From the NCBI GenBank assembly GCA_964645245.1, contig CAZYBS010000001.1, positions 91,388 through 155,387 on the forward strand: a stretch of DNA of 64,000 nucleotides, given 5' to 3'. Source of the DNA: an uncultured Candidatus Saccharibacteria bacterium. Lineage in GTDB: Bacteria; Patescibacteriota; Minisyncoccia; Phycocordibacterales; UBA9973. Numbering within the stretch: the stretch's first letter is position 1; every line of letters starts with the position of its first letter. A program made the position numbers and the translations under genes. Below the pieces are notes generated by a model. It was not told the DNA's origin. It saw only the letters and a program-made list of their open reading frames with translations, and searched no databases. Positions 7,815-16,792 of this stretch are shown piece by piece.

Positions 7815-10031
7815 CTATTTATTTCCGCCAAAGGCGGATCCGCCTCGGGCGGAGAAAAAATCTTTATCGGCTTCCTTGATAGACAAACTGATTCTCCCCA
7901 TCTCCCTATCAACTTTTATAACCTTCACCGGAACAATCATACCTTCTTTTATTATATCGCTAACTCGTTCCACGCGAAATGGCGCCAATTCAGAGATATG
8001 CACCATCCCATCGGTAGAAGAATTAAGCCTAACAAATGCCCCAAATTCGGCAACTTTCACGACTTCGCCTTTGAGCACATCCCCCACTGCATATTCGTGC
8101 GTTATTTCTTCCACGATAACCTTGGCAGCCTCGGCTGAACCATCTTTGCCTGTAAGATAGACTGTTCCATCATCTTCAATGGTAATTTCCGCCCCAGTCC
8201 TTTCTTTAATTTCTTTAATGGTCTTGCCCCCGCTACCAATTACCATGCCAATCTGGTCCGGCTTAATTTTAATAATCAAAATCTTCGGAGCATTTGGAGA
8301 AATATTTTTACGTGGAGCTGGAATTTCTTTTTCAATTCTATCTATTATAGCCACTAGCGCTTTTTTTGCTTGCCTCATCGCCTCGCCCAATATTTTTATC
8401 GGCACTCCTTCCACTTTCACATCGAGTTGTATAGCAGTGACCCCTTCTCGTGTGCCGGCAATTTTAAAATCCATGTCGCCATGATGATCTTCCGGCCCTT
8501 GGATATCCGTTAAGATCTTATATCTTAACGGCGCTGAACTACGCGAACTAGACGCTGACTGACGCTGAATTTTGTCTGCGTTTTTCTGCGTGAAGTCTAC
8601 GGCGGTCTGCGGCGCTAGCATAAGCCCCATCGCGATGCCGGCGACCGGCGCCTTGATTGGTACCCCGCCGTCCATCAGGGCAAGGGTAGAAGCGCAAATT
8701 GAAGCCTGAGAAGTAGAACCATTCGAAGCCATAGATTCAGAGACGACGCGTATCGTATATGGGAACTCTGCAACAGTTGGTAAAACCATTGCCAGTGCTT
8801 TTTCAGCCAGGGCGCCATGACCGACTTCCCGACGATTAGTAAATCCCGCTCTGCCCACTTCCCCTCCCGAATAAGGTGGAAAGTTATAGTGATGCATAAA
8901 TCTTTTTTCAACTTTTAATTGCATGCCGTCAATTAAGTGCCTGTCTTCCGGACCGCCCAGTGTCAGTACGGAGAGAACGTGTGTTCCCCCGCGGTAAAAA
9001 ATTCCAGAACCATGCAAGACGGAAGATATCCCCCCAGCCTGAGCATAAAGGTCGCGAAGTTTATCCATTCCCCTGCCATCGGCGCGTTTGTTTTCTTTTA
9101 TAGCTTTGTCATGCAATATATTATTTTCTGTATCATCAAATAAATTATCCTCTAAAACGAAATCTTCCCGGTCAGGAAATTTTTCTTTTACAAAATTATT
9201 CCAGGTGGTGTGCAGTGCATCTATTTTTCCTTTGCCTGCGCCGGAGAAAATAGCCTCCTCCATCTTGGGCAGAATATTTTCATTAAATAATGCCACCGAT
9301 TCCGGAGAGATTTGCTCTTTTTCTATGACTCTTTTTTTCTTGCCTATTTCGGCAACTACTTTCTTCTGGAAATTTTCTAGTTTGGTAATTTCCTCGCTAG
9401 CTCGCCTGAGAGCCTCTTCCAATTCTTCTTCTTTAGTCTGATGGGCCGCTGCTTCAATCATATTGATATTCCCACCTTTACCACAAACTGTTAAATCAAA
9501 TTTGTATTCCGAGTTCTCGTCACATAGCTTTGATGAGACATTGATTTTCAGGTTATTGTTATCATATTTGCCTATTTTTACAGCGCCAATCGGCCCATTC
9601 CAGGGAATATCGGAAACAAGAAGGGCAAGCGAGGCCGCATTCACGGCCAGTATCGTAGGGTCATTGTCGTCAACGGAAATAACTGTCACGATTACTTGCA
9701 CCGCATGGCGAATGGATTGGTTAAAAAGCGGACGGAGCGTCCGGTCAATAACCCGGCTAGCCAATATTGCATCCTCGGACGGCTTGCCTTCTCTGCGGGT
9801 AAAGCGAGAACCCAAAATTTTCCCGGCTGCATAGAATTTCTCCACATAGTCAACCGTCAAATTAAAAAAGTCTAAACCTTCTCGGCTATCTTTAGACATA
9901 CAAACAGTCGCCAGAACGACACTCTCGCCGTACTTCAACATTACTGAACCATGAGCTTGTTCGGCCAAATCCGTAAAAATAGCAGTCAAAGTTTTTCCAC
10001 CAATTTCCACCGAGTATTCTTTTTTTTGCAT
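7815..10031 (-). CDS. pnp: Polynucleotide phosphorylase (PNPase) carrying lineage-specific insertions
   Basis: Two RNase PH-like core domains, a KH domain (GGKTIKEIKERTGAEITIEDDG) and an S1 domain (GDVLKGEVVKVAEFGAFVRL). 738 aa. A ~30-aa insert sits in the second core domain. Confidence 0.9.
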   Translation of the reverse strand: MQKKEYSVEIGGKTLTAIFTDLAEQAHGSVMLKYGESVVLATVCMSKDSREGLDFFNLTVDYVEKFYAAGKILGSRFTRREGKPSEDAILASRVIDRTLRPLFNQSIRHAVQVIVTVISVDDNDPTILAVNAASLALLVSDIPWNGPIGAVKIGKYDNNNLKINVSSKLCDENSEYKFDLTVCGKGGNINMIEAAAHQTKEEELEEALRRASEEITKLENFQKKVVAEIGKKKRVIEKEQISPESVALFNENILPKMEEAIFSGAGKGKIDALHTTWNNFVKEKFPDREDFVLEDNLFDDTENNILHDKAIKENKRADGRGMDKLRDLYAQAGGISSVLHGSGIFYRGGTHVLSVLTLGGPEDRHLIDGMQLKVEKRFMHHYNFPPYSGGEVGRAGFTNRREVGHGALAEKALAMVLPTVAEFPYTIRVVSESMASNGSTSQASICASTLALMDGGVPIKAPVAGIAMGLMLAPQTAVDFTQKNADKIQRQSASSSRSSAPLRYKILTDIQGPEDHHGDMDFKIAGTREGVTAIQLDVKVEGVPIKILGEAMRQAKKALVAIIDRIEKEIPAPRKNISPNAPKILIIKIKPDQIGMVIGSGGKTIKEIKERTGAEITIEDDGTVYLTGKDGSAEAAKVIVEEITHEYAVGDVLKGEVVKVAEFGAFVRLNSSTDGMVHISELAPFRVERVSDIIKEGMIVPVKVIKVDREMGRISLSIKEADKDFFSARGGSAFGGNK

Positions 10032-10211
10032 ATTGCGACCCCGCTTAGCGGGGTAAAGTTCGTATCCAGACTACAGTGTTGTTTCAACCAACTTAACAAT
10101 AAGCTGAAACACTACTTTGTGTCTAGACGCGAACCGGATTAACTAGTAAACCTGTCTGCCCTTTGGCGGATTCTTTTTATACTACCATTTTTAGACCAAA
10201 AAGCAAGAAAC

Positions 10212-10724
10212 TTATCTCACTCCAATCAAATATTTTCTGGGATTTTTAGATAAGTCCACAAAATCATCCGCGGCTTCGCGCAGTTTGCCGGATGTCGATT
10301 GGCCGAATGATACGACTTCCACCTGAATACCGGAGTGAATTTTCAGATATTCCACCAACGGCACGAAGTCTCCATCGCCAGAAACCAAAATCACCGCATC
10401 CAATTTAGGCGCCATGGTTATGGCATCAACGGCAATTCCAACGTCCCAATCAGCCTTTTTCATTCCTCCGGCGAAAACTTGCAAATCTTTTGTCTTGGTT
10501 TCAATGCCTAGCTTGGTCAATGCCTCAAAAAAATTCTTTTCATCGCCGGCTTCGGTGGTAATAACATAAGCCACTGCCCGAACCAATCTCCGACCGGCAA
10601 CCGCGTCTTTTAAAACCGCGCCGAAATTTACTCGCGCCTTATATAAATTGCGAGCCGAGTGGTATAAATTTTGAGTATCAATAAAAACTCCAACTCTCTG
10701 TTCCTTATGTTTAATAACGGTCAT
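10212..10724 (-). CDS. NYN-domain (LabA/DUF88-like) predicted ribonuclease
   Basis: VGVFIDTQNLYHSARNL… and …VILVSGDGDFVPLVEYLKIHSGIQVEVVSF match the NYN/LabA motif arrangement. It is inserted between rpsO and pnp. Confidence 0.7.
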   Translation of the reverse strand: MTVIKHKEQRVGVFIDTQNLYHSARNLYKARVNFGAVLKDAVAGRRLVRAVAYVITTEAGDEKNFFEALTKLGIETKTKDLQVFAGGMKKADWDVGIAVDAITMAPKLDAVILVSGDGDFVPLVEYLKIHSGIQVEVVSFGQSTSGKLREAADDFVDLSKNPRKYLIGVR

Positions 10725-10740
10725 TGTATATAAAAATTAT

Positions 10741-11004
10741 TTATGCGAGCTCCATTTTCTTCATTAGAGCGTTGTAGCGAGGTTTGCTTGTTCTTTCTAA
10801 ATATTTCAAATGAGTGCGTCGGTCTGCCACCATCTTGATCAGCCCCCGGCGAGAATGATTGTCTTTTTTATGCTTTTTTAAATGCTTGGCTAACTCGTCA
10901 ATAGCGGCAGATATGACCGCCACCTGTACCTCCGGAGAGCCTGTATCTTTATCATGCATCTGATTTTTCTTTATAATCGCTTGCTTTTTCTTGGTTGCTA
11001 ACAT
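10741..11004 (-). CDS. rpsO: 30S ribosomal protein S15
   Basis: 87 aa with the conserved S15 segment HKKDNHSRRGLIKMVADRRTHLKYL. Confidence 0.9.
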   Translation of the reverse strand: MLATKKKQAIIKKNQMHDKDTGSPEVQVAVISAAIDELAKHLKKHKKDNHSRRGLIKMVADRRTHLKYLERTSKPRYNALMKKMELA

Positions 11005-11043
11005 GCCTGTTATATTAGCATAAAAGGCTTAAAAATGCAATTC

Positions 11044-11090
11044 ACCTCACCCTTGCCCTCTCCTTGCCAAGGAGAGGGTTGGGAGAGGTC
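11044..11090. repeat. GC-rich palindromic repeat element, family B, intergenic copy
   Basis: ACCTCACCCTTGCCCTCTCCTTGCCAAGGAGAGGGTTGGGAGAGGT. Same family as the in-frame copies inside jag (46932) and polA (59471). Confidence 0.7.
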
Positions 11091-11120
11091 ATGTCGCACA
11101 ATATTTGGTACAATTAAAGC

Positions 11121-12071
11121 ATGACATCCCTCAAGCAACTAAAAACTCAATTTTTGGAATATATAGAGATAGAAAAAGGCCGTTCGCTTAATACAGTAGA
11201 GAATTATGATCGTTACCTTGCTCGCTTTTTAAATTTTACAAAAAATGACAACCCTGTAAATATTACTGACACTATGGTGCGTGAATTCCGTTTGTGGCTC
11301 AACCGTCAGACTACCGGCAACAATAGAGCCACTGGGGAGACTTTATCCAAGAAAACTCAAAACTATTACTTAATAGCGTTGCGGGCATTTCTGAAGTATC
11401 TGGCCCGAGAAAATGTTAAGTCTATGCCGGCCGAACGTATAGAGTTGGCGAAAGTTGAAGAAAGGTCTCTTGACTTAATAACCGGCGTGGAATTGAAGAG
11501 GCTTCTGGGGTCACCCAAGGGCAATGACTTAAAAGACCTGCGAGACAAAGCCATCTTGGAACTTTTATTCTCTACCGGGTTGCGTGTTTCAGAATTATGT
11601 TCCCTAACTTCTGACATTGATTTAAGCTCGGAAGAATTATCTGTTCGCGGCAAGGGTGGAAAAGTACGCGTGGTTTTTATATCTTCTGATGCAAAAAATG
11701 CTGTAAAAAATTATTTAGCAGCCCGTAGAGACATGAGCGATGCTCTTTTTGTTCAAACCCCCTCTAACTCCCCCTTATCAGGGGGAGAGGGTTCCCCCCG
11801 CCCTGCGAAGGGAGGGGTTGGAGAGGGTCTGACTCGACGTTCTATAGAAAGAATAGTCAAACAACATGCGATAAAAGCGGGCATTTCGAAAAAAGTAAGT
11901 CCTCATACGTTGCGCCATATGTTTGCGACTGATTTGCTTGGCAACGGCGCTGACTTGCGTTCAGTGCAATCCTTGTTAGGCCATTCTAGTATCACCGCCA
12001 CGCAAATATACACCCACGTCACCGACAAACACTTACGCGATATCCATAAAAAATACCATAATAGAAAATAG
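11121..12071 (+). CDS. Tyrosine recombinase XerC/XerD-like, with an in-frame GC-rich repeat insertion
   Basis: Phage-integrase SAM-like N-domain. Catalytic core contains …GLRVSEL…, …HTLRHMFAT… and …LGHSSITATQIYTHV. The insert PLSGGEGSPRPAKGGVGEG is encoded by repeat DNA at 11758-11830. Confidence 0.85.
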   Translation: MTSLKQLKTQFLEYIEIEKGRSLNTVENYDRYLARFLNFTKNDNPVNITDTMVREFRLWLNRQTTGNNRATGETLSKKTQNYYLIALRAFLKYLARENVKSMPAERIELAKVEERSLDLITGVELKRLLGSPKGNDLKDLRDKAILELLFSTGLRVSELCSLTSDIDLSSEELSVRGKGGKVRVVFISSDAKNAVKNYLAARRDMSDALFVQTPSNSPLSGGEGSPRPAKGGVGEGLTRRSIERIVKQHAIKAGISKKVSPHTLRHMFATDLLGNGADLRSVQSLLGHSSITATQIYTHVTDKHLRDIHKKYHNRK

Positions 12072-12178
12072 TTTTATTCATGAAACATAGTTGCAAAATC
12101 TAATTTGCGTGGTAGGCTTCAAGTTGAGTCACGCTCTTTAGTGGCTCATTAGCAACTCAGTAGCGAAAGGAGTCGCGA

Positions 12179-12376
12179 ATGCGAGCTGCACATATTGCCA
12201 AAAGAAAGTCGCTGAAGAAAGGGGCTGCGAACCGTCTCGGAGTGTCGCTCGATGCGCTGGGGTGGGTTGATGGCCAGCTCATCTTCCTCGCCAGCAACAC
12301 GACAGTGGACGGGATCCCCGTGGTCCCGAAACCCCCCAAACCGACGACGAGTCACAAGCACGGTCGGCACTTCTAA
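12179..12376 (+). CDS. GC-rich small ORF (65 aa), hypothetical; coding status uncertain
   Basis: AAAGGAG ribosome-binding site 7 nt upstream. ~58% GC island. An ORF on the opposite strand overlaps it. Flanked by hairpins at 12125-12152 and 12408-12436. Confidence 0.25.
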   Translation: MRAAHIAKRKSLKKGAANRLGVSLDALGWVDGQLIFLASNTTVDGIPVVPKPPKPTTSHKHGRHF

Positions 12377-12474
12377 TTTAATTGGGCATCGCTGACCGAA
12401 AAACATCACTCCCCTGCCGGGTATCTCGGCGGGGGATCTCACTTTATAGAAACATCTTATGCTACAATTCTTTC

Positions 12475-13257
12475 ATGCGTATTATCAGCTGGAATACAAA
12501 TGGCTTGCGGGCGACGGTGAAACAGGGATTTTTCGCTCCCTTATTTGCGGGCAGACCGGATATTTTATGCTTGCAGGAAACCAAAGCGGAGCCGGAGCAG
12601 TTACCGGAAGAAGTGCGAAATGTGCCCGGGTATTATTCTTATTTTTCGCATCCGAAAGTTAAAAAAGGCTATAGCGGAGTGGCTATTTATTCCAAAGAAA
12701 AATCCAAAGAAGTTTTCTATGGGATGGGCACCCTCCTCGGCGGGCAAGTAAAAAAATTAGACGACGAGGGCAGATTAATCGGCGTCAAGTATAAAGACTT
12801 TACACTTATTAACGTGTATTTCCCAAACGGCGGCCAAGGTCCGCATAGATTGAAATACAAACTGGAATTTTATGAGGCATTTTTGAAATTTATCCTGAAA
12901 TTGCGAAAGGCCGGCGAAAATGTGATTTTCTGCGGGGACGTAAACACCGCCCATACGGAAATAGACCTGGCCCGCCCGAAAGAAAATATTGAAAACACTG
13001 GATTTTTGCCGATTGAACGCGCTTGGATAGATAAAGTGGTGAAAAATAATTTTATAGATGTCTGGAGATATTTTTATCCAAATAAAATTGACGCATATAC
13101 CTATTGGGATATGAAAACTTTTGCCAGGGACAGAAATGTCGGCTGGCGAATGGATTATTTTTTTGCAGACATAAAAATTCTCTCTAAGATCAAAAACACC
13201 GGTACAATCCAGAACTATATGGGTTCGGACCATTGCCCAATTTGGCTGGAAATATAA
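12475..13257 (+). CDS. xth: Exodeoxyribonuclease III (Xth/ExoA family AP endonuclease)
   Basis: MRIISWNTNGLRA…LCLQETK… and …GSDHCPIWLEI are hallmark EEP-fold exonuclease III motifs. The start is taken at the internal Met; the longer listed ORF begins inside a GC-rich hairpin. Confidence 0.85.
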   Translation: MRIISWNTNGLRATVKQGFFAPLFAGRPDILCLQETKAEPEQLPEEVRNVPGYYSYFSHPKVKKGYSGVAIYSKEKSKEVFYGMGTLLGGQVKKLDDEGRLIGVKYKDFTLINVYFPNGGQGPHRLKYKLEFYEAFLKFILKLRKAGENVIFCGDVNTAHTEIDLARPKENIENTGFLPIERAWIDKVVKNNFIDVWRYFYPNKIDAYTYWDMKTFARDRNVGWRMDYFFADIKILSKIKNTGTIQNYMGSDHCPIWLEI

Positions 13258-13339
13258 AATAATTCCTTAATATATCATATATGATGGGTTTAAAAAATAC
13301 TCTGCTACGATATATCGTAGTATAAGGAAAAGTAAATAA

Positions 13340-13380
13340 AAAAAGCCAGCGCTCCCTTCCGGTGTTGCTGGCTTTTCATT
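13340..13380 (-). terminator. Rho-independent terminator (aaagccagc…gctggcttt followed by T7) downstream of the minus-strand small ORF; probably bidirectional for xth
   Basis: Minus-strand reading: AAAGCCAGCaacaccggaagggagcGCTGGCTTTTTTTATTT. Confidence 0.55.
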
Positions 13381-13404
13381 GAGAGGTTGATCAGGACTCT
13401 CAGC

Positions 13405-13656
13405 CTAGGGGTGTGGGATCCAAATCATAGGAGCAGGCAGGGCTTCTTGCGAAGTCTGCCCTTTAACCGCACCGGTAACCGCGAACGCAAACGCCCAGAA
13501 TTCATCTACGAGAGTATCGAGCATTACATATGCTCCGAGTCCCTCAGACAAAGCTCTGACGTGCTGTTCAACGACGCGCTCCAATGCTTCTCTTTTCTCT
13601 GGCGGCAAGTCGGCCAACCAGATGGGCCGCGAACGGAGATCGATTAGTCTGTTCAT
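13405..13656 (-). CDS. GC-rich small protein (83 aa), hypothetical; a LexA box lies ~25 bp upstream
   Basis: AAGAGGAAAA ribosome-binding site. Helical, protein-like sequence (…EKREALERVVEQHVRALSEGLGAYVMLDTLVDEFWAF…). ~55% GC. Has its own terminator. Confidence 0.4.
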   Translation of the reverse strand: MNRLIDLRSRPIWLADLPPEKREALERVVEQHVRALSEGLGAYVMLDTLVDEFWAFAFAVTGAVKGQTSQEALPAPMIWIPHP

Positions 13657-13681
13657 GGTTTTCCTCTTGACTGTTGTAAAG

Positions 13682-13695
13682 GAACCGTTGTTCTG
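13682..13695. promoter_or_regulatory. Second Cheo-type LexA box (GAAC-N4-GTTC)
   Basis: gGAACcgttGTTCtg. It lies between the GC-rich ORF on the minus strand and the divergent TrmB-like gene. Confidence 0.4.
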
Positions 13696-13780
13696 TCGCG
13701 TTATTGCAACAGAATCTTACCCGATTACAATTTATCACTATTTGACAATGATTGATATAGTGTCGTATACTTACGACAAC

Positions 13781-14572
13781 ATGATAGAAAACATCTTAAA
13801 ATCACTTAGTTTCGACGAGGACGAAGTAAAGACATATCTTTACCTTTTAGAACGCGGACCTTTGACTGCTGGCGCTTTGGCAAAAAGTTTAGGCGTCCCT
13901 CGTTCCTCGATATATGGATTTCTAAAACGGCTCGCAGGCGATAACTTGGTGGTGGAGTCTCAAAAAAGCGGGATAAAAATATTTTCCGCTGAATTGCCAG
14001 AAAAAATAAATTTGTTGTTCAGTCAGAAAATGGAAATTTTACAGAAAGCACAAGACGACTACATAAAAATATTACCCGAACTGAAAAGTAAGAAGGGTGA
14101 AAAATATCAAACTCCAAAATTTCAAGTATTTGAGGGTGCGGAAGAATTAAAAAACGCCCTCAAAGACATGCTTTTATATCGTGACATAAAAACTCAAGCC
14201 TACTGGCCACAAAAAAAGATGGTGGAAATTTTGGGTGGAGAATTTTTCCGTTACCATAACCAGGAACGCATCAAAAATAACATTTCAGTACATGCAATTT
14301 GGCCACAACATCAAAAAGTGGAAGTTAAGAACCATCCGTATTTCGGCAGCGGCAAAGAATTTCTGCGTGAAATTCGTATCACTCCCCCAGGTATCGATTT
14401 TCATATGGGTTATTGGATTTATGGCAATAAAATTGTTTTTATTTCATCAACTCAAGAAAGTTTCGGCTTTATAGTACAAAGCCAAGAAATGGCGCAGATG
14501 TTAAAAACACAATTTGAAATCTTGTGGCAAATATCCAGGCCACTTCTAGATAAATCAAGAAAGTTTAACTAA
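13781..14572 (+). CDS. TrmB-family transcriptional regulator (paralog 2; start uncertain, alternatives at 13622 and 13748)
   Basis: wHTH segment SFDEDEVKTYLYLLERGPLTAGALAKSLGVPRSSIYGFLKRLAGDNLVV matches the N-domain of the other two TrmB-like ORFs. Confidence 0.5.
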   Translation: MIENILKSLSFDEDEVKTYLYLLERGPLTAGALAKSLGVPRSSIYGFLKRLAGDNLVVESQKSGIKIFSAELPEKINLLFSQKMEILQKAQDDYIKILPELKSKKGEKYQTPKFQVFEGAEELKNALKDMLLYRDIKTQAYWPQKKMVEILGGEFFRYHNQERIKNNISVHAIWPQHQKVEVKNHPYFGSGKEFLREIRITPPGIDFHMGYWIYGNKIVFISSTQESFGFIVQSQEMAQMLKTQFEILWQISRPLLDKSRKFN

Positions 14573-14642
14573 TTCCGGCTTCACTTTCCCGCCGGACCAC
14601 TGCCCGGTTTGGATTGAATTATAATTATGTTATAATCTAGCT

Positions 14643-14897
14643 ATGGTTAAAAAGGCGACAATAAAAACTAAATACGGCCCCTTTCATTGTGTCTTTGAAC
14701 CCGAAAAGGATATGGGCGGGTACACAGCCGAGGCTCGCGATGTGCAAGGCGCAGTTTCTTGGGGTAAAAACTTAAATGAGGCAAAAAAAATGATTGCGGA
14801 AGCAATCGAAGGGATAATTGAAGCTGAAGCTGTTTACCAAGCACAAAAATCCGGCTTGGTGCGTATAATAAACAAAAAACTTCCTCACTTTGCATGA
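14643..14897 (+). CDS. hicB: HicB-family antitoxin (UPF0150)
   Basis: YGPFHCVFEPEKDMGGYTAEARDVQGAVSWGKNLNEAKKMIAEAIEGIIEA matches the HicB/UPF0150 fold pattern. Its stop overlaps the hicA start as ATGA. Confidence 0.65.
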   Translation: MVKKATIKTKYGPFHCVFEPEKDMGGYTAEARDVQGAVSWGKNLNEAKKMIAEAIEGIIEAEAVYQAQKSGLVRIINKKLPHFA

Positions 14898-15115
14898 GTA
14901 TTCTGCCTATTCTAGTCGCTCGCGTAGTCATGACGAAGCTAATCAGGGCTGGTTTTCGGTATGTTGGCACGAAAGGCAGCCACTACATCTTCAAAAATTT
15001 TATAAATGGGCGACGCACTTCTGTGCCCTATCACAGTAAAACAATAGGCCGCGGATTGCTAAGCAAGATCATCAAGCAAGCCGGACTTACGGTCAAACAG
15101 TTTCTGGATCTTTAG
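14894..15115 (+). CDS. hicA: HicA mRNA-interferase toxin
   Basis: …LIRAGFRYVGTKGSHYIFKN…TSVPYHSKTIGRGLLSKIIKQAGL… is the YcfA/HicA signature, including KGSH and P-H. Confidence 0.7.
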   Translation: MSILPILVARVVMTKLIRAGFRYVGTKGSHYIFKNFINGRRTSVPYHSKTIGRGLLSKIIKQAGLTVKQFLDL

Positions 15116-15136
15116 ATTGTGTGTTATATTACTGTT

Positions 15137-15799
15137 ATGTCTCACACACGCCTAGACCAGCTTTCGGACGGAATTTTTGCCATCGTGATGACGATTCTGG
15201 TTTTTGAAATTAAAGTGCCGGTCATTTGGGGACCGGTAGACAACTTAGGGCTCTGGTTTGAAATTAAAAAATTGCTTCCACCTTTTTTGAGCTACGTCTT
15301 ATCTTTCACCCTGCTCTTCACCTATTGGCGGGCACACCATTTTTTCGTTTCTATCTACGCGAAAAATGTGGACAGCATGCTCACGAATATCAATGCACTC
15401 TTTTTTATGCTTGTTTCTTTGGTGCCTTTTTCCGCCAGTGTTTTGGGTCAATTTCCGGAAAATGAATTATCTATTATCATCTTCGGCGCGCATATAATTT
15501 TAATCGGCCTTACTCTATACTGGATGCGCAGATATGTGCTTTACTCAGAACACATCAAAAATCCGGAAATCAGCAAAAGAGAAATTCGCGGCAGCACCAT
15601 CCGCACTTTAGTGCCCGTATTTTTCGCCCTCATCGCCATCCCCTTATCTTTTTGGAATATAAAAATTTCCCTGACCCTATTTACCTTGGCGGTAATTTTC
15701 AATCTCTTCTCTTATAGCAGCCGCCTTTTTGAAAATATAATGAAAGCAATCCATCACGCCCTTTTTGGCGCCGACACCAAAGGCCACTTTGCGGATTAA
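15137..15799 (+). CDS. DUF1211/TMEM175-family membrane protein (putative K+ channel-like)
   Basis: N-terminal signature RLDQLSDGIFAIVMTILVFEI, followed by ~6 TM segments. Confidence 0.6.
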   Translation: MSHTRLDQLSDGIFAIVMTILVFEIKVPVIWGPVDNLGLWFEIKKLLPPFLSYVLSFTLLFTYWRAHHFFVSIYAKNVDSMLTNINALFFMLVSLVPFSASVLGQFPENELSIIIFGAHIILIGLTLYWMRRYVLYSEHIKNPEISKREIRGSTIRTLVPVFFALIAIPLSFWNIKISLTLFTLAVIFNLFSYSSRLFENIMKAIHHALFGADTKGHFAD

Positions 15800-16584
15800 A
15801 AAGCTTTTTTTAACTCCTGACTTAACCGTTTTGCTTCAGGCCAGGCAAGTTCAAAAGCTTTTTTCATAGCATCGGCGATTTCCCGGCTTTCTATGATAAT
15901 TCCTAATTTTTCCTTCCAGGAAGCGATCATCACTTTATTGTCATAAATATTTATCTCCGGAGAAAAATAATATTTGTCAGCCGGGACCAGGGCTGACTCG
16001 CGAGCTTCTTTATTATCTTCTTTGGCGCGTTCAAATCCCGCTTCGTTAGTGGGGAAAATTGCCCTGATAGAAATCCCCTTATTAGTCCGGCGCTTATAAT
16101 AAAGGGGGAAGTAATGCGGCAGAGCTTCATGCATCTCGCTCACATTAGCATAGGCTCTGATGGTTTCATGAGACGAAAGCGTATCCTCATAAACTTTTTC
16201 CAAGCCCTCTTTCCCTTCGTAGAATAAAACCTTCGGTCTGTCTGCCACATTGTGCATTGATTTTAATTCGGGAATTATTTTTCTCGCTTCTTTTATAAAT
16301 GCCTGGTCATTTTCAACTTTCTGCAAGAGCATTTTCTCAATTTGGTCGGGAGACTCTGCCACATATTCCTGCTTGGGCTCTTTGCCGGAAACCCTGACCA
16401 GCCCTTTCACTTCGAGCGAATCCAAGATGTGATATCCAGTCGGGCGATTAATCCCCGCTTTGCGGGAAATAACCGTAACCGTGCCTTTTCCTAAAGAAAG
16501 CAGTGCTAAATATACCAAAACTTCTTTCTCGGAAAATCCGATATGTTCTAAAGTTTTTTTAAAATCCAAATTTTCATTTCTCAT
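15796..16584 (-). CDS. TrmB-family transcriptional regulator (paralog 3)
   Basis: Aligns along its whole length with the ORF at 2806..3597 (…GKEPKQEY.AESP…IPELKSMHNV.DRPKV.FYEGKEGLEKVYEDTL…EINIYDNKVMIASW…). Confidence 0.6.
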   Translation of the reverse strand: MRNENLDFKKTLEHIGFSEKEVLVYLALLSLGKGTVTVISRKAGINRPTGYHILDSLEVKGLVRVSGKEPKQEYVAESPDQIEKMLLQKVENDQAFIKEARKIIPELKSMHNVADRPKVLFYEGKEGLEKVYEDTLSSHETIRAYANVSEMHEALPHYFPLYYKRRTNKGISIRAIFPTNEAGFERAKEDNKEARESALVPADKYYFSPEINIYDNKVMIASWKEKLGIIIESREIADAMKKAFELAWPEAKRLSQELKKAF

Positions 16585-16792
16585 ATTATAAGTATATTAC
16601 AAAAGCTATAAATTTGTCAATAGCGACGAACAAAATTAGTGTTAATTACTTTTAACCTTGTAAAAAGGCTAGTTTCCTGCACTTTTTTGTTCGTAATGCT
16701 TGACATTATGTTTCTAATATGCTATGCTTGTCTCAGATATTAGAACTGTCCTTCGTAAACCTTTTTGCGCTTAATTGCGCGGGAGAAAGACC

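Noticed and set aside
12149-12442. 97-aa and 60-aa minus-strand ORFs in the 12.15-12.44 kb GC island.
   Set aside because: Arg-rich low-complexity translations without ribosome-binding sites. Likely frame artefacts of GC-rich DNA.
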